NCBI GenBank assembly: GCA_951813535.1
Contig: OX638345.1
Location: 2,899,477 to 2,963,476, forward strand
Direction of reading: 5' to 3'
DNA from: an uncultured Dehalococcoidia bacterium
GTDB taxonomy: Bacteria; Chloroflexota; Dehalococcoidia; Lucifugimonadales; UBA3495
Length of the DNA: 64,000 nt
The notes under the pieces are model-generated. The model made no database searches, was not told the origin of the DNA, and saw only the letters and a list, made by a program, of their open reading frames with translations. This document shows, piece after piece, positions 8,739 to 18,602 of this stretch. The number at the start of each line of letters is the position of its first letter. The first letter of the stretch is position 1. A program made the position numbers and the translations under genes.

Positions 8739-10571
8739 TTATTGGCCCTCCCGGGCCGACTGAGGGCGCTGCCCCGTGGATCGGGGCTGGATCTTTTCCG
8801 GCGTGAACAGGTTGGCGGCGCGTCCCAGACCTGTGGCCTGAAGGGCCTGCAGCAGGTTGCGGCTAACCAGAACGGCGGTGAACATGCTGACCAGCACGCC
8901 CACGAGCAGGGTCAGGGCAAAGCCGTTGACCAGTCCGCCACCCAACCGGTTGCCGAACCAGAGCAGCACCACGCAGGTGATCAGGGTACTGACGTTTCCG
9001 TCCCTGATGGCAGGCCAGGCGCGGTTGAAGCCCACGTCCATGGCCGAACCTAAGGATCGGCCCAGCCGGATCTCTTCCTTGATGCGCTCGAAGATCAGGA
9101 TGTTGGCATCGACGGCGAGTCCTATGGACAGGATGAAACCCCCAATGTGGGGCAGGGTGAGAGTGATGGGCACCAACTTGAAGATGGCCAGGGTAACTAT
9201 CGCGTAACACACGAGAGCGACGGCGGCCACCACGCCGGCGGCGCGATAGTAGGCGATGACAAAGACGAGGACCAAACCCAAGCCGACCATGCCGGCCTGG
9301 AGGCTGCGTTCGAGGGATTCCTTGCCGAGGATCGAGTCGACGTCGGATTCCTGGATGAGGTTCAAGGGCACCGGGAGACTACCTGACTTGAGCTGAATCG
9401 CCAGCCTCCGGGCGGTTTCACGGTTGAACCCACCGGAGATCTGGCTGCGCCCGTCACGGATGTGAGCGCGAGCGACGGGAGCGATAAGCTCGTCGCGGTC
9501 GAGGAAAATGGCGATGACCTCGTCGGTCTGGGGATTGGTCCGAGTGTTGATTTCGCCGGTCATTTGGCCGAACAACTCAGCGCCGCGATCATCGAACTGG
9601 ACGTTGACGACCCACGCGCCGATCTCGTCGGTGCTGACAAAGGCGTCATCCAGGTCGTCGCCGGTGAGGCCGACGCTGCTGTCGGTGTACGGAGGCAAAC
9701 AGAGGCCATCGGCGGCAGCGAGAGGTCCCGCGCATTTCCGGCGGAGAAACTCGAGCTGGGCAGTCTCGCCGATGAGACGCTTGGCGTCATCGACGCTGCC
9801 GGTTACCTGGTAGTCGATGATGGCGCCCACTTCGGATACGAGAATGGTCTGGAGAGCCTCGCGCTCGGGTGCGCCGAGGGTGGCGTCGGTGGTAATGCGG
9901 AAACGGTTTTCACCACGACTATCCACGTTGTTGCCGTAACCCTGATCGGCGACTACGCTTCCCAGCTTGGCAACGTCGGCGTCCTCGGCGAACTGCACGG
10001 ACACCACCGAGCCGGTGGCGCCGGGAAGTTGAACGATAATCCGGTCGTCGCCGAAACGCTGGACTATCGGTTCCTCGGTCCCGTAGAGGTTGACGCGATT
10101 GCTGATGATGCCGAGCACGCCTTCCATTTGCTCGTTGGTGGGAGGCGGCGTGTCGTCGGTGATGAACTCGACGGGTTCGGCGATGGCGTCGGTCAATGCC
10201 TGGCGCACCGCGTCACGGCGTTCGGGGACGAGGAACTCACCGGCAATCCGGAAAGTCAGTCCGTCGTCCGACTGGCTCACCTCACCCTGGTAATCGACTG
10301 CAGCAAGGGCATCCTCGACGGCTGCGAGGTCGGCTGCAGCATCGCCGGGGAAGGTGGCCGTCAGGACGGTTCCGGTGTCGGCCTGGTAAACGAGGTGCGC
10401 TCCGCCCTGGAGGTCGAGGCCCAGCTTGAGGCCCAGCGGTCCGGTGTCGGCGCGGTCGATACGGGGCACGCCCGGAATCGAGAGATGAATTTCCGGCAGG
10501 GCCAGCGAGACGGCCGAAACCGCCAACACCGCCAGAATGAGAATCGTCAGTAAAACGGTGCGTCTTCGCAT
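8739..10571 (-). CDS. secD: protein translocase subunit SecD (long periplasmic domain)
   Basis: 610 aa. Motifs LGLDLQGG and GLAVDANILIFERIKEE, N-terminal signal-anchor, C-terminal SecD/F TM bundle. Confidence 0.9.
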   Translation of the reverse strand: MRRRTVLLTILILAVLAVSAVSLALPEIHLSIPGVPRIDRADTGPLGLKLGLDLQGGAHLVYQADTGTVLTATFPGDAAADLAAVEDALAAVDYQGEVSQSDDGLTFRIAGEFLVPERRDAVRQALTDAIAEPVEFITDDTPPPTNEQMEGVLGIISNRVNLYGTEEPIVQRFGDDRIIVQLPGATGSVVSVQFAEDADVAKLGSVVADQGYGNNVDSRGENRFRITTDATLGAPEREALQTILVSEVGAIIDYQVTGSVDDAKRLIGETAQLEFLRRKCAGPLAAADGLCLPPYTDSSVGLTGDDLDDAFVSTDEIGAWVVNVQFDDRGAELFGQMTGEINTRTNPQTDEVIAIFLDRDELIAPVARAHIRDGRSQISGGFNRETARRLAIQLKSGSLPVPLNLIQESDVDSILGKESLERSLQAGMVGLGLVLVFVIAYYRAAGVVAAVALVCYAIVTLAIFKLVPITLTLPHIGGFILSIGLAVDANILIFERIKEEIRLGRSLGSAMDVGFNRAWPAIRDGNVSTLITCVVLLWFGNRLGGGLVNGFALTLLVGVLVSMFTAVLVSRNLLQALQATGLGRAANLFTPEKIQPRSTGQRPQSAREGQ

Positions 10572-10604
10572 GCTACCTATTCCAGGCCTCTAATCTGCTA
10601 TTGG

Positions 10605-10622
10605 AGGCGCACCGGTGCGCCT
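10605..10622. repeat. perfect 18-bp palindrome AGGCGCACCGGTGCGCCT in the secD upstream spacer
   Basis: Read directly from the sequence: AGGCGCACC is followed by its exact reverse complement. It lies 34 nt upstream of the secD ATG (10571). Confidence 0.9.
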
Positions 10623-10742
10623 ATTGGGCTCGACCGAGTTATATGGCCGCTACCTTTACGGGGGCTAAAAGCGCGCGTCGGGCGAATCAAGAAAACAGGT
10701 GGATGTATTTGCATTGATCCGAAAGAGGTGCGCCAACGGGTA

Positions 10743-12215
10743 TTACGATTGCTCACCCTCATTGACCAACCTGGCGGCCAGTTTCATCGCGTCCTCCCGG
10801 CTGGAAATTTCGCCGACCGCCTCGGCTTCGCGAAGGCGTTCCAACAAAGAGCCGATGCGGGGGCCGGGAGGGAGGTCGAGAGCGTCCATCAGGTCATGGC
10901 CATTGATCAAGGGTGGGTTGTCATTACGATTTCCCGGTTGTTCAGCCCCGGCTTCGAGAACGGCGGCAATCATTTTAGCATAGTTGCCCCAGCGTTCCGG
11001 GGAGAGTTCCGGGCCGCGGGCGGCCAACACATCGGCCATGGCGAGGTAGAGGGTGTCCACGGCAGCATCGCCGACGTCGCGGTAATACCTGAAGATCGCC
11101 CGGGCGGACGGCATGTCAGACCCGTGCCGGAGTTGGCTGGGCCGAAGATGGTGGAGCACCATAGCCGAGACCAGATCAGTGATCCGGCGCGACATGCGAA
11201 GACATGAGAGGCGGCGTTGCACGACTTCCGCCCCCTCTTCGCTATGCCCAAGGAAGCGCACGCGACCGTCGGCATCGGCGTCGCGGGTCTGGGGCTTGGC
11301 GATGTCATGCAGCAGGGCCGCCAGCTTGAGCACGGTGCGGCGAGTGTGGCCGTCACCGATGATTTCGCTGAAGTAGGCGTCTCCTTTCGCGGTCCACGGG
11401 GCCATGGTGTAGATGGCGTTGTTCCGGTGACCGGCGGTGACCTCCTCGGCGTATTCAACGCAGTGGAGCAGGTGGCCCCACACGTCCCAATAATGGTGTG
11501 ACCGGGGCTGCTGGCAGTCCCGGGTTGCCTCCAACTCGGGGACCACGCGACAGAGGAGGTCGAGACGATCCAGTACTTCGAGCTGCGGGCGGGCGCCGTC
11601 GCCAGCGAGGATCGTCATGAACTCGTCGCGTACGCGTTCAGGCGACACCTGGGTGAGTAGATGAGCGTTCCGGCGGATCAGGCGAGCGGTGTCGGGCTCC
11701 ATGCGGAGCCCCACCTGCTGGGCGAGGCGAACGGCGCGAAGCATCCTCCCGGGGTCGGCGGCGAAAACATCGTCGCCACCGGCGCGGAGGACGCGACGCG
11801 CGAGGTCCGCTCTGCCGTTAAGGGGATCAACGATGGCGTCGAAGCGCTCGTCGGAATCCCAACAGCGGAGAGGTACCCCCATGGCGTCGACGGTGAAGTC
11901 CCTGGAACGGAGATCGTCTTCGATGGATCCCGCGTGGCCCGAAATGTCGATCAGGAATGGACGGTTGTTTTCGCCCGCTCCGGGAAGTGCGACGCGGACA
12001 ATATTCCACTCGGGCAGGGGGACCGCGGTCCCGCCCACGAAATCAGCGACGGCGCGGCCCACAGGATGCGCGTCGCCGGCGACGGCGATGTCGACGTCCT
12101 GGAGTTCGCGGCCCAGCAGCGCGTCACGCACCGCGCCACCGACCAGCCAGGCCGGAGCAGCGATCTGAGTGTCGAAGAACCCGGCCAGCCGGGTGATGAG
12201 GCTGGCAGAGTCCAT
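10743..12215 (-). CDS. cca: CCA-adding tRNA nucleotidyltransferase with HD domain
   Basis: GGAVRDALLGRELQDVDIAV pol-beta head and RDFTVDAM, plus HD-domain motifs (LLHDIAKP, HSEEGA). The start lies 1 nt after the def stop. Confidence 0.8.
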   Translation of the reverse strand: MDSASLITRLAGFFDTQIAAPAWLVGGAVRDALLGRELQDVDIAVAGDAHPVGRAVADFVGGTAVPLPEWNIVRVALPGAGENNRPFLIDISGHAGSIEDDLRSRDFTVDAMGVPLRCWDSDERFDAIVDPLNGRADLARRVLRAGGDDVFAADPGRMLRAVRLAQQVGLRMEPDTARLIRRNAHLLTQVSPERVRDEFMTILAGDGARPQLEVLDRLDLLCRVVPELEATRDCQQPRSHHYWDVWGHLLHCVEYAEEVTAGHRNNAIYTMAPWTAKGDAYFSEIIGDGHTRRTVLKLAALLHDIAKPQTRDADADGRVRFLGHSEEGAEVVQRRLSCLRMSRRITDLVSAMVLHHLRPSQLRHGSDMPSARAIFRYYRDVGDAAVDTLYLAMADVLAARGPELSPERWGNYAKMIAAVLEAGAEQPGNRNDNPPLINGHDLMDALDLPPGPRIGSLLERLREAEAVGEISSREDAMKLAARLVNEGEQS

Positions 12216-12216
12216 A

Positions 12217-12867
12217 TTAGTCGGCGACGCCGGCGTCGTCGGTCTGGCGGGCGGCGGGCCGGCCGTTACTGGGGTCGAACTGGGGGAGATCGGACCGGGG
12301 CGCGATATTGCGGCCGTTCATACGCTGGGCCGCGGCTTCCAGTTCGGCGGCGTCGGGCTCGCCGGTGGGAAGGTATTCCACGTCCCCTTCTTCATTGACG
12401 TGGATCCGGAAAAACTGGTCGTGGGCGATCAGGTGGTCAAGGTACAGTACGCCGTTGAGGTGATCGGTCTCGTGTTCGACGGCCTGCGCCAACATGCACT
12501 CGGCCTTGAGGCGCTGCTGCTTGCCGGTGAGATCCTGATAGCGGACTCGGATTCGTTCGGCACGGTTGACCATACCCCGGTATCCGGGCAGGCTGAGACA
12601 GCCCTCTTCAACCTCGCGGAGGCCCTCGCGCCGCATGATCTCGGGGTTAACCAGGACCAGGGCCTCTTCCCAATCTTCCATTTTCACCACGCACATGCGC
12701 TGCAACACGCCGACCTGGTTGGCGGCCAGACCAACGCCGTGATGGGCGTCCATGGTCTCCGCCATGTCGGCCGCCAGTTGAGCGAGCTTAGCGTCGAACT
12801 GCGTCACCTTGCGGGCCCGCTGACGCAGGATGGGATCGGGAAATACGCGCATCTGGAGCACGGCCAC
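12217..12867 (-). CDS. def: peptide deformylase with about 45-aa C-terminal extension
   Basis: All three Def motifs are present: GVGLAANQVG, EGCLSLPG, HETDHLNG. GTG 12867 (VAVLQMRVFPDPILR) is preceded by AGGGG; ATG 12852 is the alternative. The ORF-track start 13056 would read through the promoter. Confidence 0.85.
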   Translation of the reverse strand: MAVLQMRVFPDPILRQRARKVTQFDAKLAQLAADMAETMDAHHGVGLAANQVGVLQRMCVVKMEDWEEALVLVNPEIMRREGLREVEEGCLSLPGYRGMVNRAERIRVRYQDLTGKQQRLKAECMLAQAVEHETDHLNGVLYLDHLIAHDQFFRIHVNEEGDVEYLPTGEPDAAELEAAAQRMNGRNIAPRSDLPQFDPSNGRPAARQTDDAGVAD

Positions 12868-12933
12868 GGTAGCACCCCTGGTTAGGCGAACATTGTCGCC
12901 TTTGGTATTGCGAAATTCGTAATTGTACCGGCG

Positions 12934-12963
12934 ATTATATTCTGGGCGTTTCCGCAGTGTAAA
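12934..12963 (-). promoter_or_regulatory. sigma70-type promoter TTTACA-N18-TATAAT for def-cca
   Basis: Minus strand has TTTACA (12963..12958), an 18-nt spacer, then TATAAT (12939..12934). A perfect TATAAT is rare in this GC-rich DNA. It sits about 67 nt upstream of GTG 12867. Confidence 0.5.
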
Positions 12964-13106
12964 GCCGGGAGCGTCACCGTGCCTGTGTGTTCCAGGGGAG
13001 ATTGGCGCGATGCCGTTCTCTTCTACCGGAGCACGGGAGCCGCCGCACGCGATCAACGCCCTCAGCCGCTGAACGGACTGAAGGCCTACCGGTCCGGTCC
13101 CGAATG

Positions 13107-14744
13107 CTAAAGATTCACTATCTCACCCTCGGAGTCGACATCCATGTCCACAGCCCGGGGTCGGGTGGGCAGGCCGGGCAGGGTCTCGATGCGACCGGCT
13201 AAGGTGTAGAGGAAACCTGCGCCAACCGAGGCGCGGATATCAGACACCGGGAAGACGTAACCGGACGGACTGCCCTTGAGAGTCGGGTCGTGGGAAATGG
13301 ACAAGTGAGTCTTGGCCATGCAGATCGGCAGCTTGTCCCAACCCTGGGTGGCGAAGAAACGAGCGCGGCGGCGAGCATCAGGGGTCCAGGTAACGCTCTC
13401 GGCGCCGTATACCCGTTTGGCAAGGGCCAGCACCTTGTCCTCGATGGATGCGTCCAGGTCGTAGGCGTAGTCGATTTCCCGTGGTGCGACGGAAGGGTCG
13501 TTGGCGGCGCGGGCGACGGCCTCAGCCAGGGCCACTCCGCCCTCACCACCGTCGGTGAAACCGGAATATTCGGCGGTGGCGTACGCGCCGGCCTGCTCAG
13601 CGATTTCGGCGGCAGCCTGCAACTCCTCGGCGCTGTCGCCCTCGAAGCGGTTGAGTGCTACCACCACCGGCAGCCCGAAACTCTGGACGATGTTGATGTG
13701 ATGCACCATGTTGGCCGCGCCGACCTTCATGGCCTCGAGGTTAGGTTGGGACAGGTTGCGGCGCAAAACGCCGCCATGCCAGCGCATGGCTCGGACTGAG
13801 GACACCAAGACGGCGGCGGCAATCGGTAGGCCGCTGTTGCGGGTCTTGATGTGCATGAACTTTTCGAAGCCAAGGTCCGAGGCGAAACCGGCCTCGGTGA
13901 TGATGATGTCGGCGTAACCGAGGGCCAGGCGGTCGGCGATGATGGAGCTGCAGCCGTGGGCGATGTTGCCGAAGGGGCCGGAATGGACGATTGCGGGTTG
14001 GCCTTCCATGGTCTGCACCAGGTTGGGCATGATGGTTTGGCGCATGACAGCCATGAGCGGGCCGGCCAGGCCCAAGTCGCCGACCGACACCGGGTCTCCC
14101 GTGCGGCTGGTGCCAACTACGATGCGGGAAAGGCGCGCGCGCAGGTCTTCGAGGTCGGTGGCCAGCGCGAGAATGGCCATTATCTCCGATGCGGTCACAA
14201 AGTCGAACCGGGTCTCGCGCAGCGGGCTGTTGGCGTTTCCGCCCAGCCCGGTGGTTATCTGCCTAAGGGCGCGGTCGGAGGCGTCGGTAACGCGGGACCA
14301 GGTGACTCCTTCGGGCGCCATATCACAGGCCTGGTTGCGATAGACGGCGTTCTCGACCAGTGCGGCCAACAGGTTGTGCGTGGACCCGACGGCGTGGGCG
14401 TCGCCGGTGAAATGGATGTTGATCTCGTCCTCGGGAACAACCCTGGCCTTGCCGCCGCCGGTGCCGCCGCCTTTGATGCCGAATATCGGACCCAGCGCCG
14501 GTTCGCGGAGGTTTACAACAGGCTTGTGGCCCAAACGGCCGAGGCCATCGGTCAGACCAATGGAGGTGGTGGTCTTGCCTTCGCCGGCCGGGGTGGGCGT
14601 GATACCCGTCACCACGACGAGCTTGCCGCGCTGACCGTTTTCGCGAATTGCGTCGAGGCTCACCTTGGCCTTGGTGTTGCCGAAGGGGATCAGGTGCTGC
14701 TGGTCCAGGCCCAGACGTTCGGCTACAGCGTTTATGGGATCCAT
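13107..14744 (-). CDS. fhs: formate--tetrahydrofolate ligase
   Basis: 545 aa. ITPTPAGEGKTTTSIGL P-loop and end-to-end FTHFS pattern. Confidence 0.95.
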   Translation of the reverse strand: MDPINAVAERLGLDQQHLIPFGNTKAKVSLDAIRENGQRGKLVVVTGITPTPAGEGKTTTSIGLTDGLGRLGHKPVVNLREPALGPIFGIKGGGTGGGKARVVPEDEINIHFTGDAHAVGSTHNLLAALVENAVYRNQACDMAPEGVTWSRVTDASDRALRQITTGLGGNANSPLRETRFDFVTASEIMAILALATDLEDLRARLSRIVVGTSRTGDPVSVGDLGLAGPLMAVMRQTIMPNLVQTMEGQPAIVHSGPFGNIAHGCSSIIADRLALGYADIIITEAGFASDLGFEKFMHIKTRNSGLPIAAAVLVSSVRAMRWHGGVLRRNLSQPNLEAMKVGAANMVHHINIVQSFGLPVVVALNRFEGDSAEELQAAAEIAEQAGAYATAEYSGFTDGGEGGVALAEAVARAANDPSVAPREIDYAYDLDASIEDKVLALAKRVYGAESVTWTPDARRRARFFATQGWDKLPICMAKTHLSISHDPTLKGSPSGYVFPVSDIRASVGAGFLYTLAGRIETLPGLPTRPRAVDMDVDSEGEIVNL

Positions 14745-14834
14745 ACTTTGGCGCTCCAGAAATGAAGGTTTGGTTTACCGGGTTGGGAATGACGCGGCAC
14801 GGACGACCCTGGGACGAACGGGCGCACCCATAAA

Positions 14835-14863
14835 ATTATAGGCCCACGGAGCGCGGGCGGCAA
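14835..14863 (-). promoter_or_regulatory. sigma70-type promoter TTGCCG-N17-TATAAT for fhs
   Basis: Minus strand has TTGCCG (14863..14858), a 17-nt spacer, then TATAAT (14840..14835), about 90 nt upstream of ATG 14744. Confidence 0.45.
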
Positions 14864-15102
14864 AACGGGGATACGGCTGCGACCGTTCAGGCCGCGGAAC
14901 GCGTCCCGAGCCTAACCCGGAGTTTCAGCGAAGTACCGGGGCAGGGTGGTTGTCAATCAGCTGCGTTGGGACCAGTTGACGACCTTGGATTCCGGCCTTG
15001 AGCCGGAATTACGGTTGGAGCGCCACCGGTCCCCCAAGACTGGAACCATCGGACAGATCAACCTGCCGGCAAGTTACGTTAACCCGGGCGCAGCCGGCGG
15101 CG

Positions 15103-15879
15103 TTATAGCCAGGCGACTTCGTAGTCAGTGGAGACGGGGGCCATCACATCCAGATCCCAGTCAAACACCAGGATTGCCGACTCCTCACCGCAGAAGGCCT
15201 GGAGCACGCGCTCGCCGTCGACGGCAACGACGCTGACCGCTTCGTTGAAATCGAGGTCGTCGGCTTCCCAGCCGGAACGGTTGCAGACCATGATGGGGAG
15301 ACCGGTGTCCAGGGTTCGCTGCTCCCATTCTCCCAAAGGCCCGCAGTCCCCAGGACCCCAGGACGCCGGCGAGACCAGGATTTCGGCGCCACGGTCTTTC
15401 AGAATACCGGCGACGTCGTTGCGGTAGGCGTCGGCGCAAATCATCACGCCCACGGCGGTTCCGTCGCAGTCGATGGGGACGATTTCATCGCCGGCAGAAG
15501 ACCAGGCTTCCGGGCCGCGCAGCGCCTTGACCTTGCGGTGGCGGCCTATGATGGCGCCATCGGGGCCGATGACGAAAACGGTGTTGTACATCAAGCCAGC
15601 ATCGGGGTCCCGTTCTGGATGGGACAAAAACACCGTAACGCCGTGCTCGCGAACCTGGCTGCAGAAGGTCTGCATCCAGTCGTCGGGTTGCGGCAGAATC
15701 CAGTCCGTGCCGATCATCTCGGCGAACTTGTACCCGGTGACGAACAACTCCGGGGTGATTACCCATTGGGCTCCCATGGCGGCAGCGCGGGCCAGGCCCT
15801 GCTCGGCCAGGGCGCGATTGTGCGCCACGTCGGCCAGCTCGGGGGCCAGGTGCAGCATGGCAACGCGCAACGATCTCAT
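15103..15879 (-). CDS. carbon-nitrogen hydrolase (nitrilase-superfamily) protein
   Basis: Glu-Lys-Cys triad contexts ITPELF, HRKVK and VMICADAY. 258 aa. Confidence 0.8.
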   Translation of the reverse strand: MRSLRVAMLHLAPELADVAHNRALAEQGLARAAAMGAQWVITPELFVTGYKFAEMIGTDWILPQPDDWMQTFCSQVREHGVTVFLSHPERDPDAGLMYNTVFVIGPDGAIIGRHRKVKALRGPEAWSSAGDEIVPIDCDGTAVGVMICADAYRNDVAGILKDRGAEILVSPASWGPGDCGPLGEWEQRTLDTGLPIMVCNRSGWEADDLDFNEAVSVVAVDGERVLQAFCGEESAILVFDWDLDVMAPVSTDYEVAWL

Positions 15880-15945
15880 CGGGCACCTCTCAATCCTGGA
15901 ATCGCTGGGGAACTGGCAGTTTCCGATCGGCAGTTGCAGCCGGCG

Positions 15946-16650
15946 CTACTGTTGAAACAGGATCCGGCCGCAGGTGCTGCATGGAACCTGCTTCGTCTTG
16001 TCGCGCAACTGGCGCAGGACGTTGCTGGTAAGGGTCATGCGGCACGCCAGGCATACGCGGCCGTTATCCACGAGGGCGACGGCGGTGCCAGCCTTGTTGC
16101 GCCGCAGCCGTTCGTAGCGTTGCAGATCGGCCTGGGGAAGGGTATCTGCCATATCCTGCCGCTGGCAGGATGCGGTTTCGCGGTCGCTCTCCAACTCCGT
16201 CAACCGTTTGCCGAGGGTTTCGATGATATCCTGCCATTCCACCGCGGCAGCCTCCATTTCATCGCGGGCGGCGACGGCGGCGGCCTCGTGAGTGCGCTGT
16301 TCCTCCTCGAGTTCGAGCAACAACTCGTCGAGCTGATCCAACTGGTATTTTGAGGAATCAACCTCTCGTTGAATGGCGGACAAATCGCGGCGTGAAGCGT
16401 TTCCGCCGTAAAGCCGGGATTCCAGTCCGGTCAAACGCTCACGGATTCGTTCCCCTTCTTCGCGCCGCGAGTGGGCGTTGGCGCCGACCGCTACCGCGCG
16501 GGCCGAGTGGTGCTCCGCCTCGCTGGTCAGGTCCGGCCGGTTGACGCCGGCAGCAAGCCGTTTTTCAATGCGGCTACGCTCAGCATCAATACCGTCGATC
16601 CGATGATCCAATTCTTGCAGCTGATATAACTGCTGCGGTGTAGTAGTCAT
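15946..16650 (-). CDS. coiled-coil protein with C-terminal C4 zinc ribbon (COG1579/DUF164-like)
   Basis: Heptad-rich N-terminal two-thirds, then CLAC...CSTC near the C-terminus. Confidence 0.7.
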   Translation of the reverse strand: MTTTPQQLYQLQELDHRIDGIDAERSRIEKRLAAGVNRPDLTSEAEHHSARAVAVGANAHSRREEGERIRERLTGLESRLYGGNASRRDLSAIQREVDSSKYQLDQLDELLLELEEEQRTHEAAAVAARDEMEAAAVEWQDIIETLGKRLTELESDRETASCQRQDMADTLPQADLQRYERLRRNKAGTAVALVDNGRVCLACRMTLTSNVLRQLRDKTKQVPCSTCGRILFQQ

Positions 16651-16811
16651 TCTGCGGCCAACAGCTCCATCATCTGAATATCACGCCGTCAGTCTAGCAG
16701 GGTTGGGGGGCGAATTATAGTCGGCGTTTGCACCGCCCCGGTTCCATCTCACGCCACCGCTATCCCCGTCAACATCGGCGGGACCAGAGCTGCGGTTCGT
16801 CGCAAGACGAA

Positions 16812-16840
16812 GCCCCGCCGGGCAGGAGCGCCGACGGGGC
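16812..16840 (-). terminator. possible intrinsic terminator after the DUF35 gene
   Basis: GCCCCGCCGG / CCGACGGGGC stem (one mismatch) with a 9-nt loop. On the minus strand it is followed by TTCGTCTT, a weak U-tract. Confidence 0.3.
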
Positions 16841-16864
16841 TTAAACCAACGAATACAACCCTGA

Positions 16865-17293
16865 TCAGCCGGCCGGCTTGAAATAAGGGATGGTGATCTG
16901 CGGTGTGGCGGTCTGGAAAGTTACTTCCACGGGCATGCCGATATGGACGTCCCGGGGGTTGCAGTCAACGATGTTGGTGAACATCCGGACGCCTTCTTCC
17001 AGTTCCACGAGAGCGAGGACATAGGGCACCATTTCGGCGAAACCGGGCGTGCGGTTCTGGTAGGTGACCGTGTAGGTCCAGACGGTGCCTCGCCCACTGG
17101 ACTGGACCCACCGGATGTTTTCGCCCCAGCAGTTGGCGCAGATGCCCCGGGGGTACCATTGGTACTCGTTGCAGTCATCGCAGATCTGGATGACCAGTTG
17201 GCCGCGGCGGCAGGAGTCCCAGAAGGCCTTGGTCTCGCCGGCGACGGTGGGAAGGGGTTTGTTCCAAGCAGTAGTCATGGTGGTTCCTTGCAA
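16865..17293 (-). CDS. DUF35 Zn-ribbon/OB-fold protein (thiolase partner)
   Basis: CDDCNEYQWYPRGICANC zinc ribbon followed by an OB-fold region. Lies directly downstream of a thiolase-like gene, the usual pairing. Confidence 0.8.
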   Translation of the reverse strand: MQGTTMTTAWNKPLPTVAGETKAFWDSCRRGQLVIQICDDCNEYQWYPRGICANCWGENIRWVQSSGRGTVWTYTVTYQNRTPGFAEMVPYVLALVELEEGVRMFTNIVDCNPRDVHIGMPVEVTFQTATPQITIPYFKPAG

Positions 17294-17329
17294 AGATGCA
17301 TGGGTTCCCGCTTGCGCAGGAACGACGGG

Positions 17330-18511
17330 TCAGTCGCGGGCCAGGATGACGGTGCCGCCGCTGTGGCGGGAACCCAGCGCCCCACCGGTGCCGTGGGCCA
17401 GGGCGAGTTGGCAGTTGGGAACCTGGCGTCCGGTGCCGTCGAACTGATGGCGGAGCTGGCGAGTGGCTTCGAGGAGCAGGAAGAGGCCGCGCATCCCCGG
17501 ATGGTTGGAGGACAGGCCGCCACCGTCGGTGTTGATTGGAAGCCCGCCGCCGACCTTGAGGCGGCCGCCGCTGACGAATTCCCCACCCTCACCCTTCTTG
17601 CAGAAACCCAGGTCCTCGAGAGTCTCTACCACGGTGATGGTAAATGAGTCGTAGACCATGGCCATGTCGATGTCGTCGTGGGTCACGCCGGCCATCTCGA
17701 AGGCGCGGGGAGAACTCTGGTGCGCGGCGATGTAGATCAGGTCGCGCTTGCCCGCGCCCTGGTGGGCGATGGCCTCGCCGGTACCGAGGACCCAGACCGG
17801 GGTGTGGCGGCAGTTGCGTGCGACTTCGGGAGAGGCCACCACGACGGCGCCACCACCATCGGTGATAATGCAGCAGTCCATCAGGTGGAGCGGGTCGGAG
17901 ATGACGCGGGAACCGACCACGTCCTCCACGGTGATGGGGTCTCGGAAGAGCGCCTCGGGGTTCATCGAGGCGTGGTGGCGCATGGCCACGGAGACCTCCG
18001 CCAGTTGCTCGGCCGTGGTGCCGTAGAGGTGCATGTGCCGGCGGGCGATCATCGCGTAGAGGCCGACGGTGGTCATGCCATAGAGTTCCTCGAAGCTGTC
18101 GGGGGACGGCTCCAGGATGGGATGCCCGAAGCGGCCGACGCCGCCGGTTCCCACGGACACGCCGCCGGAGCGGGCGAGGCTGCTGTAGGTGATCACCGCC
18201 ACGTTGATGCGGCCGGCCGCGATGGCGGTGAGGGCGTGGGAGAGGTGGAACTCGAAGGACCCGCCGCCGACGGTGGTGTTGTCGACGTAGCTGGGGTACA
18301 TGTTGAGGTAGTCGGCCAGGTTCATCCCACTGTTGCGGGCGCTGCTGGAGGCGGTGAAGAGGCCGTCCACGTCGTCCTTGGTGAGGCCGGCGTCGGCAAG
18401 AGCCTTGATGACGCTCTCGCCCTGTATCTGGAGTTCGCTCTTGTCGGGAGCGTAGCGGGTGACGTGCTCGTGGATGCCCACGATGGCGGCGGCGCGCCTG
18501 AGGTCAACCAT
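17330..18511 (-). CDS. thiolase-like (SCP-x type) protein
   Basis: 393 aa thiolase fold pattern, C-terminal GGLSSNHPGMRG...AHGTGG. Confidence 0.85.
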   Translation of the reverse strand: MVDLRRAAAIVGIHEHVTRYAPDKSELQIQGESVIKALADAGLTKDDVDGLFTASSSARNSGMNLADYLNMYPSYVDNTTVGGGSFEFHLSHALTAIAAGRINVAVITYSSLARSGGVSVGTGGVGRFGHPILEPSPDSFEELYGMTTVGLYAMIARRHMHLYGTTAEQLAEVSVAMRHHASMNPEALFRDPITVEDVVGSRVISDPLHLMDCCIITDGGGAVVVASPEVARNCRHTPVWVLGTGEAIAHQGAGKRDLIYIAAHQSSPRAFEMAGVTHDDIDMAMVYDSFTITVVETLEDLGFCKKGEGGEFVSGGRLKVGGGLPINTDGGGLSSNHPGMRGLFLLLEATRQLRHQFDGTGRQVPNCQLALAHGTGGALGSRHSGGTVILARD

Positions 18512-18602
18512 GGGGGAGGTACCTCCGTTGGGTGATGGGTTTGAGTATTATGCCATAAGGTAGGATTGGCATCCGACGCGAAACGGGCAACAGCAAGAAG
18601 CG

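Noticed and set aside
12868-13106. The 239-nt fhs-def spacer as a structured ncRNA or riboswitch.
   Set aside because: It is explained adequately by a TTTACA-N18-TATAAT promoter plus a short leader hairpin. I recognised no known RNA motif.
14745-14834. ZTP (pfl) or THF riboswitch in the fhs leader. fhs is a classic ZTP-regulated gene.
   Set aside because: The leader contains GGGTCGTCC, but it lacks the conserved CTGGCG...ACCGCC core and the 3' CCGCCTGGGC pseudoknot segment of ZTP. No THF-like core was seen either. A covariance-model scan would be decisive.
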